Assembly (NCBI GenBank): GCA_034178705.1
Contig: JAXFQY010000004.1
Span: 5,987-69,986 of the forward strand
From: Eubacteriales bacterium
GTDB taxonomy: Bacteria; Bacillota; Clostridia; Oscillospirales; CAG-272
Length of the DNA stretch: 64,000 nt
Reading direction: 5' to 3'
A program made the translations under genes and the position numbers. The notes beneath the pieces were generated by a model. It had not been told where the DNA came from. It ran no database searches and saw nothing but the letters and a program-made list of their open reading frames with translations. Positions within the stretch are counted from its first letter, which is position 1, and each line of letters opens with the position of its first letter. Shown one piece after another: positions 18,716 through 29,784 of this stretch.

Positions 18716-19232
18716 GGAATATGCAGTAGCGCTCTTTTCCCTTGCCCGGGAAAAGGAAGATCGCATTCTTCCCTACCGCGATGCTCTCCGCCGGATACTC
18801 TCAGCCTTTGAAGAGCAGCCGGAATATATCTCCCTGCTCTCTTCTCCGAGCATTCCGATCCGGGAGCGCCGCGCGCTGATTGAACAGGCATTTGCCGATT
18901 CTGTTCCGGAGCAGGTTCTGTCCTTTACCGAACTGCTCTGTGAAAAAGGGCATCTGCGTCTTTTCGAAAACTGCGTCAAAGAATATGAGGAGCTTTGCCG
19001 GGCTGCCAGCTCGGTCTCTTCCGCGCGTGTTGTCAGCGCAGTTCCGCTGACCGACGGGGAGAAAACAACCCTGATTGCCAAGCTGGAAAAGTTCAGCGGT
19101 CACAGGGTGGAAGCACACTACGAAACCGACGAGACGCTGCTCGGCGGGGTCACCGTTTACATGGATGACACCGTAATCGACGGCAGTCTCCGCCGGAAAT
19201 TAAAACAAGTAAAGGAGGTGCTCGGTAAGTGA
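18699..19232 (+). CDS. atpH: F0F1 ATP synthase subunit delta
   Basis: [16 protein letters not shown]... is a typical OSCP/delta N-terminus. AGGTGA RBS before ATG 18699 (track start GTG 18690). Confidence 0.85.
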   Translation: MTEISKEYAVALFSLAREKEDRILPYRDALRRILSAFEEQPEYISLLSSPSIPIRERRALIEQAFADSVPEQVLSFTELLCEKGHLRLFENCVKEYEELCRAASSVSSARVVSAVPLTDGEKTTLIAKLEKFSGHRVEAHYETDETLLGGVTVYMDDTVIDGSLRRKLKQVKEVLGK

Positions 19233-20725
19233 GTACGAGTGCGTCGGAAATCAGCAGCATTATCAAAGAGCAGATTCGTGCCTACCGTACACGCACCGAG
19301 ATGGCGGAAACGGGAACGGTCATTCTTGTGGGTGACGGAATTGCCAGAGTCTACGGACTTCGCAACTGTATGGCAAGCGAGCTGCTGGAGTTTGAAGACG
19401 GCAGTTTTGGCATGGCACAGAATCTGGAAGACGAGACCGTCTCGGTCGCTATTCTGTCCGATAAAAACACAATCCGTGAGGGAACTCAGGTTCGCCGAAC
19501 CGGGCGCGTGGTATCTGTTCCGGTCGGTGAGGCACTTCTCGGGCGCGTGGTCGATGCGCTCGGTCAGCCGATCGACGGAAAGGGACCGGTTACCTGTCGG
19601 GAAACCCGTCCGATTGAAGCGGAAGCACCCGGAATTATTGAACGGGAAAGTGTTTCCGTTCCGCTTCACACCGGCATCAAAGCAATTGACGGTATGATCC
19701 CGATCGGACGCGGTCAGCGCGAGCTGATTATCGGAGACCGCCAGACCGGAAAAACCGAAATCGCGATCGACACCATCATCAATCAGAAAAACAGCGACGT
19801 GCTCTGTATCTATGTCGCGATCGGGCAGAAGAACACATCGGTTGTTCAGCTTGTGAATGAGCTGTCCCATTACGGCGCGATGGAGTACACCATTGTCGTT
19901 TCCGCTTCCGCATCGGAAAGTGCCCCTCTTCAATATATCGCCCCCTATGCCGGGTGTGCTATGGCTGAATACTTCCGCGAAAAAGGCAAAGACGTCCTCA
20001 TTGTTTATGACGATCTGTCGAAGCATGCGGTTGCCTACCGCGCACTCTCTCTGCTTATCCGGCGTCCGCCGGGCCGTGAAGCATATCCGGGTGATGTCTT
20101 CTATCTGCATTCCCGTCTTCTCGAACGCGCTGCGTGCGTTTCTGAGGAATACGGAGGCGGCTCTATCACCGCGCTTCCGATCATTGAAACGCAGGCGGGT
20201 GACGTTTCCGCCTATATTCCGACAAACGTGATCTCCATCACCGATGGACAGATTTTCTTGGAAACAGAGCTCTTTCACGCCGGGATCATGCCCGCAATCA
20301 ACCCGGGTATATCGGTCAGCCGTGTCGGCGGCTCCGCTCAGCTCAAAGCAATGAAAAAGGTCTCAGGCGAGTTGAAACTTCTCTACTCCCAGTACCGCGA
20401 GCTTCAGGCGTTCTCCCAGTTCGGCAGCGATCTTGACGCCGATACCAAAGCGCGTCTTGCGCTTGGGGAACGAATTGTCGAGGTTCTGAAGCAAAAGCGC
20501 AATTCCCCCGTTGAACCGGGTTGCCAGGTGGCGATTCTCTATTCCGTGATTCACGGTTACCTGAACGACACACCGGTCAATAAGGTCAGCGAATACGAAG
20601 CCGAACTGTTCGATAAGCTGAAGTCGGAATATGCCGACCTGCTTGAACGGATTGAAGCGGGCTTCTGGGACCCGGAGGATGAAGCACAGCTGAAAAAGGC
20701 TCTTGAAGAAATGAAGGTGCAGTAA
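19229..20725 (+). CDS. atpA: F0F1 ATP synthase subunit alpha
   Basis: GDRQTGKT Walker A. Highly conserved alpha-subunit sequence throughout. GTG start. Confidence 0.97.
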   Translation: MSTSASEISSIIKEQIRAYRTRTEMAETGTVILVGDGIARVYGLRNCMASELLEFEDGSFGMAQNLEDETVSVAILSDKNTIREGTQVRRTGRVVSVPVGEALLGRVVDALGQPIDGKGPVTCRETRPIEAEAPGIIERESVSVPLHTGIKAIDGMIPIGRGQRELIIGDRQTGKTEIAIDTIINQKNSDVLCIYVAIGQKNTSVVQLVNELSHYGAMEYTIVVSASASESAPLQYIAPYAGCAMAEYFREKGKDVLIVYDDLSKHAVAYRALSLLIRRPPGREAYPGDVFYLHSRLLERAACVSEEYGGGSITALPIIETQAGDVSAYIPTNVISITDGQIFLETELFHAGIMPAINPGISVSRVGGSAQLKAMKKVSGELKLLYSQYRELQAFSQFGSDLDADTKARLALGERIVEVLKQKRNSPVEPGCQVAILYSVIHGYLNDTPVNKVSEYEAELFDKLKSEYADLLERIEAGFWDPEDEAQLKKALEEMKVQ

Positions 20726-20726
20726 G

Positions 20727-23210
<2,484 letters not shown>

Positions 23211-23242
23211 AAGAAAAGCTGCGAAAAAGAGTTTTTTCTGAT

Positions 23243-23286
23243 CTACGCCGCAAAGGGCATTCATCCCTTCGCGGCGTATTTTTTCT
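23243..23286 (+). terminator. atp operon intrinsic terminator
   Basis: ACGCCGCAAAGGG / CCCTTCGCGGCGT stem followed by TTTTTT. Confidence 0.7.
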
Positions 23287-23377
23287 CACGAAGGGGCGAC
23301 ACTGTTATTATGTTCCATCTTCGCTTTCAAAGGATTATCTGCTTTTGAAAATCACAAAACGGGAAAAGGTTTATGTA

Positions 23378-23560
23378 ATGGTGGAATATCGAGTCTCCGC
23401 ACCGGCAGATATCACGGAAAAATTAAGTGAATGCGACGCTGAGCGGTTGCAGACGCTGATTTGCCGATATTCGCTGTATGCCGACGGGCAAAATGCCCTG
23501 CAGGAAAGCTTCATCAACAAGGGATACAAAGAGATTCAATACTACGGAAAAACCTACTAA
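23378..23560 (+). CDS. Hypothetical small protein (60 aa), weakly supported
   Basis: Internal ATG of ORF 23084..23560 (MVEYRVSAPADITEKLSECDAERLQ...). Plausible composition and a weak RBS. No family recognised. Confidence 0.25.
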   Translation: MVEYRVSAPADITEKLSECDAERLQTLICRYSLYADGQNALQESFINKGYKEIQYYGKTY

Positions 23561-23755
23561 CGCCGGGATGAACATGCCGAAAACAATCCCGATAAGCGAA
23601 TCATCGGATATGAAATCGCTTTTCTGCAGGACGGAAACCTGATCCTCCTGCATCTTACGGCCGTTGATACCTTTGAAAACAGGATGCGGCACGCGGATGT
23701 CATCAAAATCGATATTCGGTAAATATCTTAAATTTTCCGGGGGGCTTCCCTGAAC

Positions 23756-23791
23756 AAAGGCGGGTAAGTGCATGCGCTTACCCGCCTTTTT
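23756..23791. terminator. Bidirectional intrinsic terminator hairpin
   Basis: AAA-GGCGGGTAAG-TGCATGCG-CTTACCCGCC-TTTTT. A-run and T-run flanks. Confidence 0.55.
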
Positions 23792-23932
23792 CAAATGTTC
23801 TTCAAATGTCCCTCTCCCGCTTCTGGGGCCCCGACCAGCGCACGGACGGGGAGCCGGTTCCCCGTTTGCCGGAATCCGGTGTGAAAGGCGTCTCTGCTTC
23901 CCCCCGACATGAAACCCGCGCTGAGAAAAAAG

Positions 23933-23971
23933 AACGGTGCAGCGCCCGTTTCCTGAGCTGCACCGTTTTTC
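23933..23971. terminator. Bidirectional intrinsic terminator hairpin
   Basis: 11-bp stem AACGGTGCAGC / GCTGCACCGTT with a 13-nt loop. AAAAAAG upstream and TTTCTT downstream. Confidence 0.5.
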
Positions 23972-23995
23972 TTATCGCTGCCAAACCGTCGGGCG

Positions 23996-24023
23996 GCTTC
24001 GCCTCAGAATAAAGAGGCGAAGC
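23996..24023 (-). terminator. Hairpin just downstream of the ABC-2 permease stop
   Basis: 10-bp stem GCTTCGCCTC / GAGGCGAAGC, 27 nt beyond the stop at 24050. No clean U-tract on the minus strand. Confidence 0.35.
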
Positions 24024-24049
24024 AGTTTATTCTCGGATTTTCTAAGCGG

Positions 24050-24817
24050 TCAACACAGGTCGGCGCGTAGGCGCAGGCGGAAAACCAGAGAGGAAAGGCA
24101 GAACGCGCCAAGCGCCCAGAGGGTGCAATTCAGCAAGGCACCGCCGGGAATGGCCTGTCCCGCAAGCGCCGCCCGTGCAACTTCGACCGCATTTTCAAAA
24201 GGAAGTATACGGCAAAGCACGCCGAAGAAATTTCCTTCCGGAAAAACCGAGGAATCAAACCAGATACCGCCGAGAACCCCACAAAGCGAAATCAGAATGG
24301 AACAGCAGGGCGGCGCCGCTTTTTCTCCCAACAGGGCTCCAAACAAAACTCCCAGCGCAATAAACAGTACGGCACAAGGAATGAGAGAGAGAATCGACAG
24401 CAAAGCGTTTCCGATAAGAAGGCGTTCCCCCATCACGCCTCCGATCACCCCGCCGGCAAGATAGGTGACAACCGCCTCACCCGCCGAAACGAGGAGCAGC
24501 GGAAGTATATAACCCGCGACAAACTCTGCCGGGCGCATTGGGGAGGAGCAAAGGCGCAGCAAAAAAGCAGAGGACCGATCCTTGGATACCGACAGGGTTG
24601 CAAGCAGCATCACAAAGGAAAGGGCAAAAACGGCAATTCCCGGCGTAAGGTTCCGGATTTTGAAAATCGTCATCCCCGCTTCCGGTGGAATAACGGAATC
24701 AATTGCCGTCATCATCCCAAGCATTACAAGCGGAAAAGCAAAGCAGAAAAGGTAGCTGAGCGGATCCCGCAGCAGCTCCCGCAGACACCGTCCGGCAAAC
24801 GCGAAGGCGCGTTTCAT
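24050..24817 (-). CDS. ABC-2 type transporter permease
   Basis: 255-aa ORF with 6 hydrophobic segments. N-terminus CLRELLRDPLSYLFCFAFPLVML is typical of ABC-2 permeases. 4-nt overlap with the ATPase gene. Confidence 0.85.
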   Translation of the reverse strand: MKRAFAFAGRCLRELLRDPLSYLFCFAFPLVMLGMMTAIDSVIPPEAGMTIFKIRNLTPGIAVFALSFVMLLATLSVSKDRSSAFLLRLCSSPMRPAEFVAGYILPLLLVSAGEAVVTYLAGGVIGGVMGERLLIGNALLSILSLIPCAVLFIALGVLFGALLGEKAAPPCCSILISLCGVLGGIWFDSSVFPEGNFFGVLCRILPFENAVEVARAALAGQAIPGGALLNCTLWALGAFCLSSLVFRLRLRADLC

Positions 24818-25545
24818 TGTTTTTTCCCCCCTTCCGCAATAGCAATAAAGGCCTCTTCAAAGCGGTCCTTACCCGCAAGCCGTTTCAGCTCTTCAGCTGT
24901 TCCGCAAGCGGCAATTCTGCCCTGTACCATGATCGCAATCCGGTCACAGAGTGCCTCAGCCTCCTCAAGATAATGCGTTGTCAGAACAACGGTAACTCTG
25001 CCCTTAAGCATTTCTGCCGTTTTCCAAAGCTCACGGCGCGCAAGCACATCCAGTCCAAGGGTTGGTTCATCCAAAAAGAGAATCTCCGGCTGCGTAATCA
25101 AGGCCATCGCAATACTCAGACGTCGCTGCCATCCTCCGGAAAGCTTCCCTGCCCTCTTTTTTTCCTGCTCTCCGAGAGCAAATTCCTCAAGGCTGTGGGT
25201 AGCGCGTTCCCGTGCTTTCCCTCTGTCACAGCCGTAAAGACGCGCCATCAGCTCAAGATTCTCCCGGACAGTCAGATTCGGGGCAACCGCCGTCTCCTGG
25301 GGGGACAAATCGGTGATCCTCTTCACCTGCTCCCGTTCAGTCAGAATCGACCGTCCGCCGAGAAACGCCTCTCCTGATGTCGGACGCGCCAGGCAGGACA
25401 GCATCCGCACGGTCGTCGTCTTTCCGGCGCCGTTGACACCGAGGAGCCCGAAGAACTCCCCCTGAGTCACTGAGAAATCAATTCCGTCAACCGCCGTAAA
25501 GGCACCGAAGCGCTTTGTCAGCTTATCCGCTCGGATTGCTTCCAT
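24814..25545 (-). CDS. ABC transporter ATP-binding protein
   Basis: Walker A GVNGAGKTT, signature LSGGWQRRLSIAMAL, Walker B LFLDEPTLGLD. Confidence 0.93.
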   Translation of the reverse strand: MEAIRADKLTKRFGAFTAVDGIDFSVTQGEFFGLLGVNGAGKTTTVRMLSCLARPTSGEAFLGGRSILTEREQVKRITDLSPQETAVAPNLTVRENLELMARLYGCDRGKARERATHSLEEFALGEQEKKRAGKLSGGWQRRLSIAMALITQPEILFLDEPTLGLDVLARRELWKTAEMLKGRVTVVLTTHYLEEAEALCDRIAIMVQGRIAACGTAEELKRLAGKDRFEEAFIAIAEGGKKQ

Positions 25546-25770
25546 TTATTTGTCCTCCCTGCCAAGCTGTGCCGACAAAATCTGTTCGCGAATTGCGGCA
25601 GCCTCTTCCTTTGGCGGGATTGCCATTCCCTTATCCTGCCGCGCAAGAATCAGCAGCTCATCTCCCGGTCGGATCCCCAGCATGTCGCGCACCGTTTTCG
25701 GAATCACAATCTGTCCTTTCTCCCCAACTGTCGCAGTGCCCATAAAGCCTTCCTTTTTCTTTTGTTCCAT
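25546..25770 (-). CDS. AbrB/MazE/SpoVT-family DNA-binding protein
   Basis: GTATVGEKGQIVIPKTVRDMLGIRPGDELLI is the SpoVT-AbrB swapped-hairpin motif. Abuts the ABC ATPase start codon. Confidence 0.85.
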   Translation of the reverse strand: MEQKKKEGFMGTATVGEKGQIVIPKTVRDMLGIRPGDELLILARQDKGMAIPPKEEAAAIREQILSAQLGREDK

Positions 25771-25790
25771 TGTGCCCCCTCTTAGTATAA

Positions 25791-25831
25791 TTTGTTATAC
25801 TTGTTATAACATGTTATACTTTTGCTGTCAA
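25791..25831 (-). promoter_or_regulatory. Promoter plus repeat operator of the AbrB-like/ABC-2 operon
   Basis: Minus-strand TTGACA (25831-25826), 17 nt, TATAAC (25808-25803). Overlapped by three direct TGTTATA(A)C repeats (25792-25819) and a perfect 14-bp palindrome TATAACATGTTATA (25805-25818). Confidence 0.5.
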
Positions 25832-25882
25832 GATGGTTTCTGTATTTTTATCAGCGAAAACGGAGATTTTTCGGATCAGTAC

Positions 25883-25911
25883 TTGACAAAAGCGTATGCA
25901 TTTGCTATAAT
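25883..25911 (+). promoter_or_regulatory. Consensus promoter for the tRNA pair
   Basis: TTGACA (25883-25888), 17 nt, TGcTATAAT (-10 at 25906-25911). tRNA-Arg begins 21 nt downstream. Confidence 0.7.
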
Positions 25912-25931
25912 AAATCTCGCGTTGCTGATGT

Positions 25932-26008
25932 GTGCCTTTAGCTCAGCTGGATAGAGCAACTGCCTTCTAAGCAGTAGGTCGTGGGTTCGAGTCCCCCAAG
26001 GCACGCCA
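25932..26008 (+). tRNA. tRNA-Arg (anticodon TCT)
   Basis: Hand-folded cloverleaf. Acceptor GTGCCTT/AAGGCAC, D arm GCTC..GAGC, anticodon arm ACTGC-CTTCTAA-GCAGT, T loop TTCGAGT, encoded CCA. One U-C mismatch in the T stem. Confidence 0.9.
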
Positions 26009-26017
26009 ATCCTATAT

Positions 26018-26095
26018 GGTGGGTATAGCTCAGCTGGTTAGAGCGCCAGGTTGTGGCCCTGGAGGCCGACGGTTCGAACCCGTTTACTCACCCCA
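26018..26095 (+). tRNA. tRNA-His (anticodon GTG) with encoded G-1
   Basis: Extra 5' G opposite discriminator C (His identity element). Anticodon arm CCAGG-TTGTGGC-CCTGG, T arm GACGG-TTCGAAC-CCGTT, encoded CCA. Confidence 0.93.
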
Positions 26096-26096
26096 T

Positions 26097-26126
26097 AAAA
26101 GCCGCTTGTCGGCTTTTTTCTTTTTT
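26097..26126 (+). terminator. Terminator after the tRNA pair
   Basis: AAAAGCCG-CTTGT-CGGCTTTT followed by a long T-run. Confidence 0.6.
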
Positions 26127-26251
26127 GCTTTTCTTCCCGATTGACCGAAAAACCAATCTGTCCGATTGCTTTCAAAAAACCGGAAAGATCACTCCCTGTT
26201 CTGCCCCGGACTCTTGACCCCTCCGGTCAGCTTTCTTTTTTATGAATATAT

Positions 26252-26300
26252 AAAAGCAAGTCAGCAGCACGGCGCAACGCCATGCTGCTGACTTGCTTTC
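26252..26300 (-). terminator. Terminator of the 26.4-33.2 kb surface operon
   Basis: 14-bp perfect stem GCAAGTCAGCAGCA / TGCTGCTGACTTGC (26256-26269 and 26283-26296). On the minus strand it is followed by TTTTATATATT. Confidence 0.7.
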
Positions 26301-26362
26301 AAGCCAAATAATCTGCCACGGTCATGACCGGGCTTAGTGCCTGCTATCCTTCCGGATAGCGC

Positions 26363-27553
26363 TTATTCCTGTGTTTTCTTTTTTGCTTTTGCCGTAATCA
26401 TTACCACCATAGAAGCAGAAGCCAGCGCCGCAGCGACAATAACCCACATGGCGTCTCCGGTATCCGGGGTGCTTTCCCCAGCACCCGGAACCGTTGTTGC
26501 AGGTGCCGCAGTTGTTACAGGTGCTTCTGTTGTTACCGGCGCTGCCGTTGTCTCCGGCGCTTCGGTTGCAGTCTCTTCGACGCGATCAAAAATCGCCGCA
26601 ATCTCGGCAAAATTCGCGTTTGATTTCACTGCTGCTCCATAACGAAGCAGGGTTCCCTTAGTTGCCGTAAAGGTTTTTCCGGGCGTATAATGGCAGCACC
26701 ATTCAAATGCGTTCCCATCGTTACCGCCGAAGGTACCGCCGAGCCAGGTCAGCGTAAAACTTTCCATTTCAACATTGTTTGTACAGCCATAGAAGTTATC
26801 GATATGCGCGTTTTCTTCCACTGTTACATCCACTTTGCCGAGCACCACTCCGTCCGGGTAAGCGGCAGAACCGTGCAGAACCGAAACCTGTGCGTTTCCG
26901 CCAATTCGAATATGGGCAGTACCTGTGTAATTACCGGCAATGTTGCGGGAAAACGGAACAATATAAATGCTGCTGCCGGACAAAACCGTAATATTCACAT
27001 CTTTGTCCGAGTCAAGGGGAGGATCATCCTGCCCACTTTGATAGCCGCCGAGAAGACAGAATGCTTTCGCGATATTCTCGCCGGTCATGCTTGCGCCGGT
27101 CATCGTAACACCTTCTCCCACAGTAAGCGGATGATGCTGACCGATTACAAGCAAATTGGTTCCCAAAGCGACAAAGTCCATATTTTCAAATCGTGTATCG
27201 CCCCAACAGACAAAACGTGCCGGCTTAAACTGATAGCTTGCTCCTTCGGTACGATAATCCTTGCCGCCATATACCGAGGTAAAGGTAACGGAACCGGTAT
27301 ATTCCTCACACCAGTTGAAGGTCATCTGCTGCGTGAAAACCCCGCAGATAACGATTGTACAATTCTTTGTCAAGTCAAGATTTTCATAAGCGGTAAAAAG
27401 ATCATTTGTTGCTTTGTCAGGCGAGGAACCGTCTCCGGTTCCGGAATCCGAAAGAAAAACAACATTGTCCGCCGCTGAGACAGAGAAGGCAGGAACACAA
27501 AGGAGAAGCGCGAGAAAAACAGCAAGAGAGAGCCTGAATCGCTTTTTCATCAT
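26363..27553 (-). CDS. Secreted, C-terminally anchored surface protein of unknown function
   Basis: Start MMKKRFRLSLAVFLALLLCVPAFSVSA (signal peptide), a Cys/Gly/Thr-rich globular region, a T/P/A-rich linker (ATEAPETTAAPVTTEAPVTTAAPATT), then PDTGD + hydrophobic helix + KAKKK tail. Confidence 0.8.
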   Translation of the reverse strand: MMKKRFRLSLAVFLALLLCVPAFSVSAADNVVFLSDSGTGDGSSPDKATNDLFTAYENLDLTKNCTIVICGVFTQQMTFNWCEEYTGSVTFTSVYGGKDYRTEGASYQFKPARFVCWGDTRFENMDFVALGTNLLVIGQHHPLTVGEGVTMTGASMTGENIAKAFCLLGGYQSGQDDPPLDSDKDVNITVLSGSSIYIVPFSRNIAGNYTGTAHIRIGGNAQVSVLHGSAAYPDGVVLGKVDVTVEENAHIDNFYGCTNNVEMESFTLTWLGGTFGGNDGNAFEWCCHYTPGKTFTATKGTLLRYGAAVKSNANFAEIAAIFDRVEETATEAPETTAAPVTTEAPVTTAAPATTVPGAGESTPDTGDAMWVIVAAALASASMVVMITAKAKKKTQE

Positions 27554-27621
27554 AATTTTCCTTTCTTGATATATGAATATTTTTTCGGCTGCGCCGGAAA
27601 AATGCAAAGAAGTTGGAAAGA

Positions 27622-29784
27622 TCAATACCGATCCTTCACTGTCAGATATTCCGCTTTTTTGATCAGTACATTTCCCTTTCCCGTACCGATCTTCAAAGTA
27701 TGGGTACCGGATTTCAGGAGAAGGCGCACGGAAATGCTGTCTGTCGCTGTATAGATCTTCCCCTGTGCCGCTGTTGCGGAAAACCCGATTCCCCCGTATT
27801 TGCGCCCGTCCACCACCAATTCTTCGGCAAGAATGCTGGACGGATTTTCATAGGTAATCCGCAGGAGTTGTTCTGTATTCTCCCGTCCATCCGGAATGTC
27901 CAAAGCCACAAGCTGTCTTCCGGATGCATCGAGCTCTCCGAGACTTCCGCCTGCAATCAGCGTCTCTTCTACGCGTACAAGGAGAAGTTCATCAATTCTG
28001 CCGGAGCAAGCCGCGCTTTTTGAGGCATCTCCGTCAACTCTCTCCACGCGGAAACCAAGCTCAGCCGTTTCGGCCTCCGCACGGAAAATCAACTCCCGAC
28101 GCACGGTATTCTGCGCTTCATATTTCGTTGGAGCGGTCACAGAGTTAGCACTGACGGCAACCGTTTTCCCGCCGCTCCGAACATAAAGATAGCCGTTCAC
28201 ACCGTCAGCGGTACAGAGGAACGCCGAGAAACGGTAGCTCGCCCCCACAGTCAGTCCTTTTATCGTGGTGCAAAGCTCTGCAGTTCCGTATAATTCCGCA
28301 GCATACTCGCCGGTTGTCGCCAGATTTCCGACCTTCACGGTTCCCGTGTTTACCGTGTAACCGGTCAGGTCTCCGGTCTCAAACCCGTTGTTTTCCGGAG
28401 GTATTGCATCATACCGCAAAAGCGTTTCTTTGGGAATATAGTAAATGCCGTCACAGATGTATCCGCCGTTCTCGACCAGAACAGATTCAAAATTCGTGCG
28501 GTACTTTTCTATGATAGCCGAGATCTTCATCCTTTCCGGAAGCTTCATTGCGCACATCCAGTAGCCGGTCTTATCCCCCAGCGGACGATTCACAAATACC
28601 CCGTTCCCATCCTGCCAGACATATTGATTCACCGTCTCCGGGTTCTTCTCCATTCCGCCGATAATCGCAACTACGGAAAGTGCAATTCCCACGGTACTCT
28701 CACAATCATACCCTGCAAGGGAGCCGATCCGGCAGGTCTCGGTATAGTCACCTTCTCCGTAGAGCAGATCGAGCAATACGAATCCCGCATTGATTGTTGA
28801 GTCGGTCATTTTGGTCTGTCCCGCCAGATAGTGCCGGCGCTCCAGTTCCGAGTACGCGGCGCGCCAGTTATCCGGATAGGTCCGGTACAGCTCGAAGACT
28901 TCATCAACAACTGTAAGCTGATAGGCACCTGTAGGAAACACCTTTTCCGCTTCCCGGATCAATGTGGGAATATCCTTTTCAAAATAGGCAAGTGACATCA
29001 TGACCGCAAACATCTGCGCCCACCCCACATTGTCCCGATCCCCGGTGACCGAGGCGCACATACCGGAAAGACGAAAGGCGGTCTCCGGCATCCCCGCGGC
29101 ATCCATACCGAGCGTGTCTGCTCCAAGATAGGGCTCTGTACAATAGCTGTACATATTTTCAAACTCTGCGTTTCCGGAAAACTGCGGCAGATATCCGTTG
29201 CGATTGATCAAGCCATATGCCCCGACCGTACGCTGACCGCCTCCCATATCGTAAACATCATACTTTTTCCAGCCCTCGCTCACCGATCGGGAGCATAATG
29301 TTCCGTATATTTTGTACATATCCGCCAGAATGTACTGATTGACCACATCAATTCCGAAGTCATCATCATTCCAGACCTCCCACAGTGTGCCATCCGCATT
29401 TTTCAGCAGTTTGACCGTGTGAGTCTTATGTTCGTTTTTCTTTGCATACGGTCCCTGACACATCGCAAACCAGCTGTCCGGCATCGCTACTCTTCCGCGT
29501 CCGCCCGGAAGTGTCACGAATTCATAGCCGGAAAGGGTTCCGACCAGCTGTGCAAGAAAACCAGCCGTTGTTTTATCCACATATTCGGCTACGGAGAGCA
29601 GCCGATATTCCTCTGCCGGAAGCAGGAGTTCTTTTCCGTTTTCATCTCGTATTAGATAAGTTGCTGCGGTTTCAGCGGATTTTTCGGTAGTTGTTGTATC
29701 TCCCAAAGCGGAACCGCACCCGCAAACAGAAGCAAGCAGCAGTGCAGAAAGCATCACAACCGCAAGGTTTCTTTTCATTGTCAT
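27622..29784 (-). CDS. Lipoprotein: ADP-ribosylglycohydrolase-fold (ARH-like) domain fused to CBM-like beta-sandwich domains
   Basis: Start MTMKRNLAVVMLSALLLASVCGCGS (lipobox); ATGA overlap with the upstream stop. ARH-like motifs DKTTAGFLAQLVGTLSGYEF, VWNDDDFGIDV and SLAGYDCESTVGIALSVVAIIGG. CBM4/9-like NNGFETGDLTGYTV... segment. The family call is by motif memory only. Confidence 0.6.
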   Translation of the reverse strand: MTMKRNLAVVMLSALLLASVCGCGSALGDTTTTEKSAETAATYLIRDENGKELLLPAEEYRLLSVAEYVDKTTAGFLAQLVGTLSGYEFVTLPGGRGRVAMPDSWFAMCQGPYAKKNEHKTHTVKLLKNADGTLWEVWNDDDFGIDVVNQYILADMYKIYGTLCSRSVSEGWKKYDVYDMGGGQRTVGAYGLINRNGYLPQFSGNAEFENMYSYCTEPYLGADTLGMDAAGMPETAFRLSGMCASVTGDRDNVGWAQMFAVMMSLAYFEKDIPTLIREAEKVFPTGAYQLTVVDEVFELYRTYPDNWRAAYSELERRHYLAGQTKMTDSTINAGFVLLDLLYGEGDYTETCRIGSLAGYDCESTVGIALSVVAIIGGMEKNPETVNQYVWQDGNGVFVNRPLGDKTGYWMCAMKLPERMKISAIIEKYRTNFESVLVENGGYICDGIYYIPKETLLRYDAIPPENNGFETGDLTGYTVNTGTVKVGNLATTGEYAAELYGTAELCTTIKGLTVGASYRFSAFLCTADGVNGYLYVRSGGKTVAVSANSVTAPTKYEAQNTVRRELIFRAEAETAELGFRVERVDGDASKSAACSGRIDELLLVRVEETLIAGGSLGELDASGRQLVALDIPDGRENTEQLLRITYENPSSILAEELVVDGRKYGGIGFSATAAQGKIYTATDSISVRLLLKSGTHTLKIGTGKGNVLIKKAEYLTVKDRY

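Noticed and set aside
23423-23794. 123-aa minus-strand ORF in the atp/ABC-2 gap
   Set aside because: Both candidate start codons lie inside or next to the terminator hairpin at 23756-23791. There is no RBS and no recognisable fold or TM pattern. It overlaps the small plus-strand ORF.
25546-25770. AbrB/MazE-fold gene as a toxin-antitoxin antitoxin
   Set aside because: The downstream genes are an ABC ATPase and an ABC-2 permease, not a MazF/PemK-like toxin. The context fits a transcriptional regulator of an exporter.
26470-26570. Short nucleotide repeats, considered as a possible CRISPR or other non-coding array (also 52813-52890 and 56570-56660)
   Set aside because: All lie inside well-supported CDS and encode T/P/A-rich or QQPxPGG linkers. 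There is no spacer/repeat architecture and no cas genes in the window.
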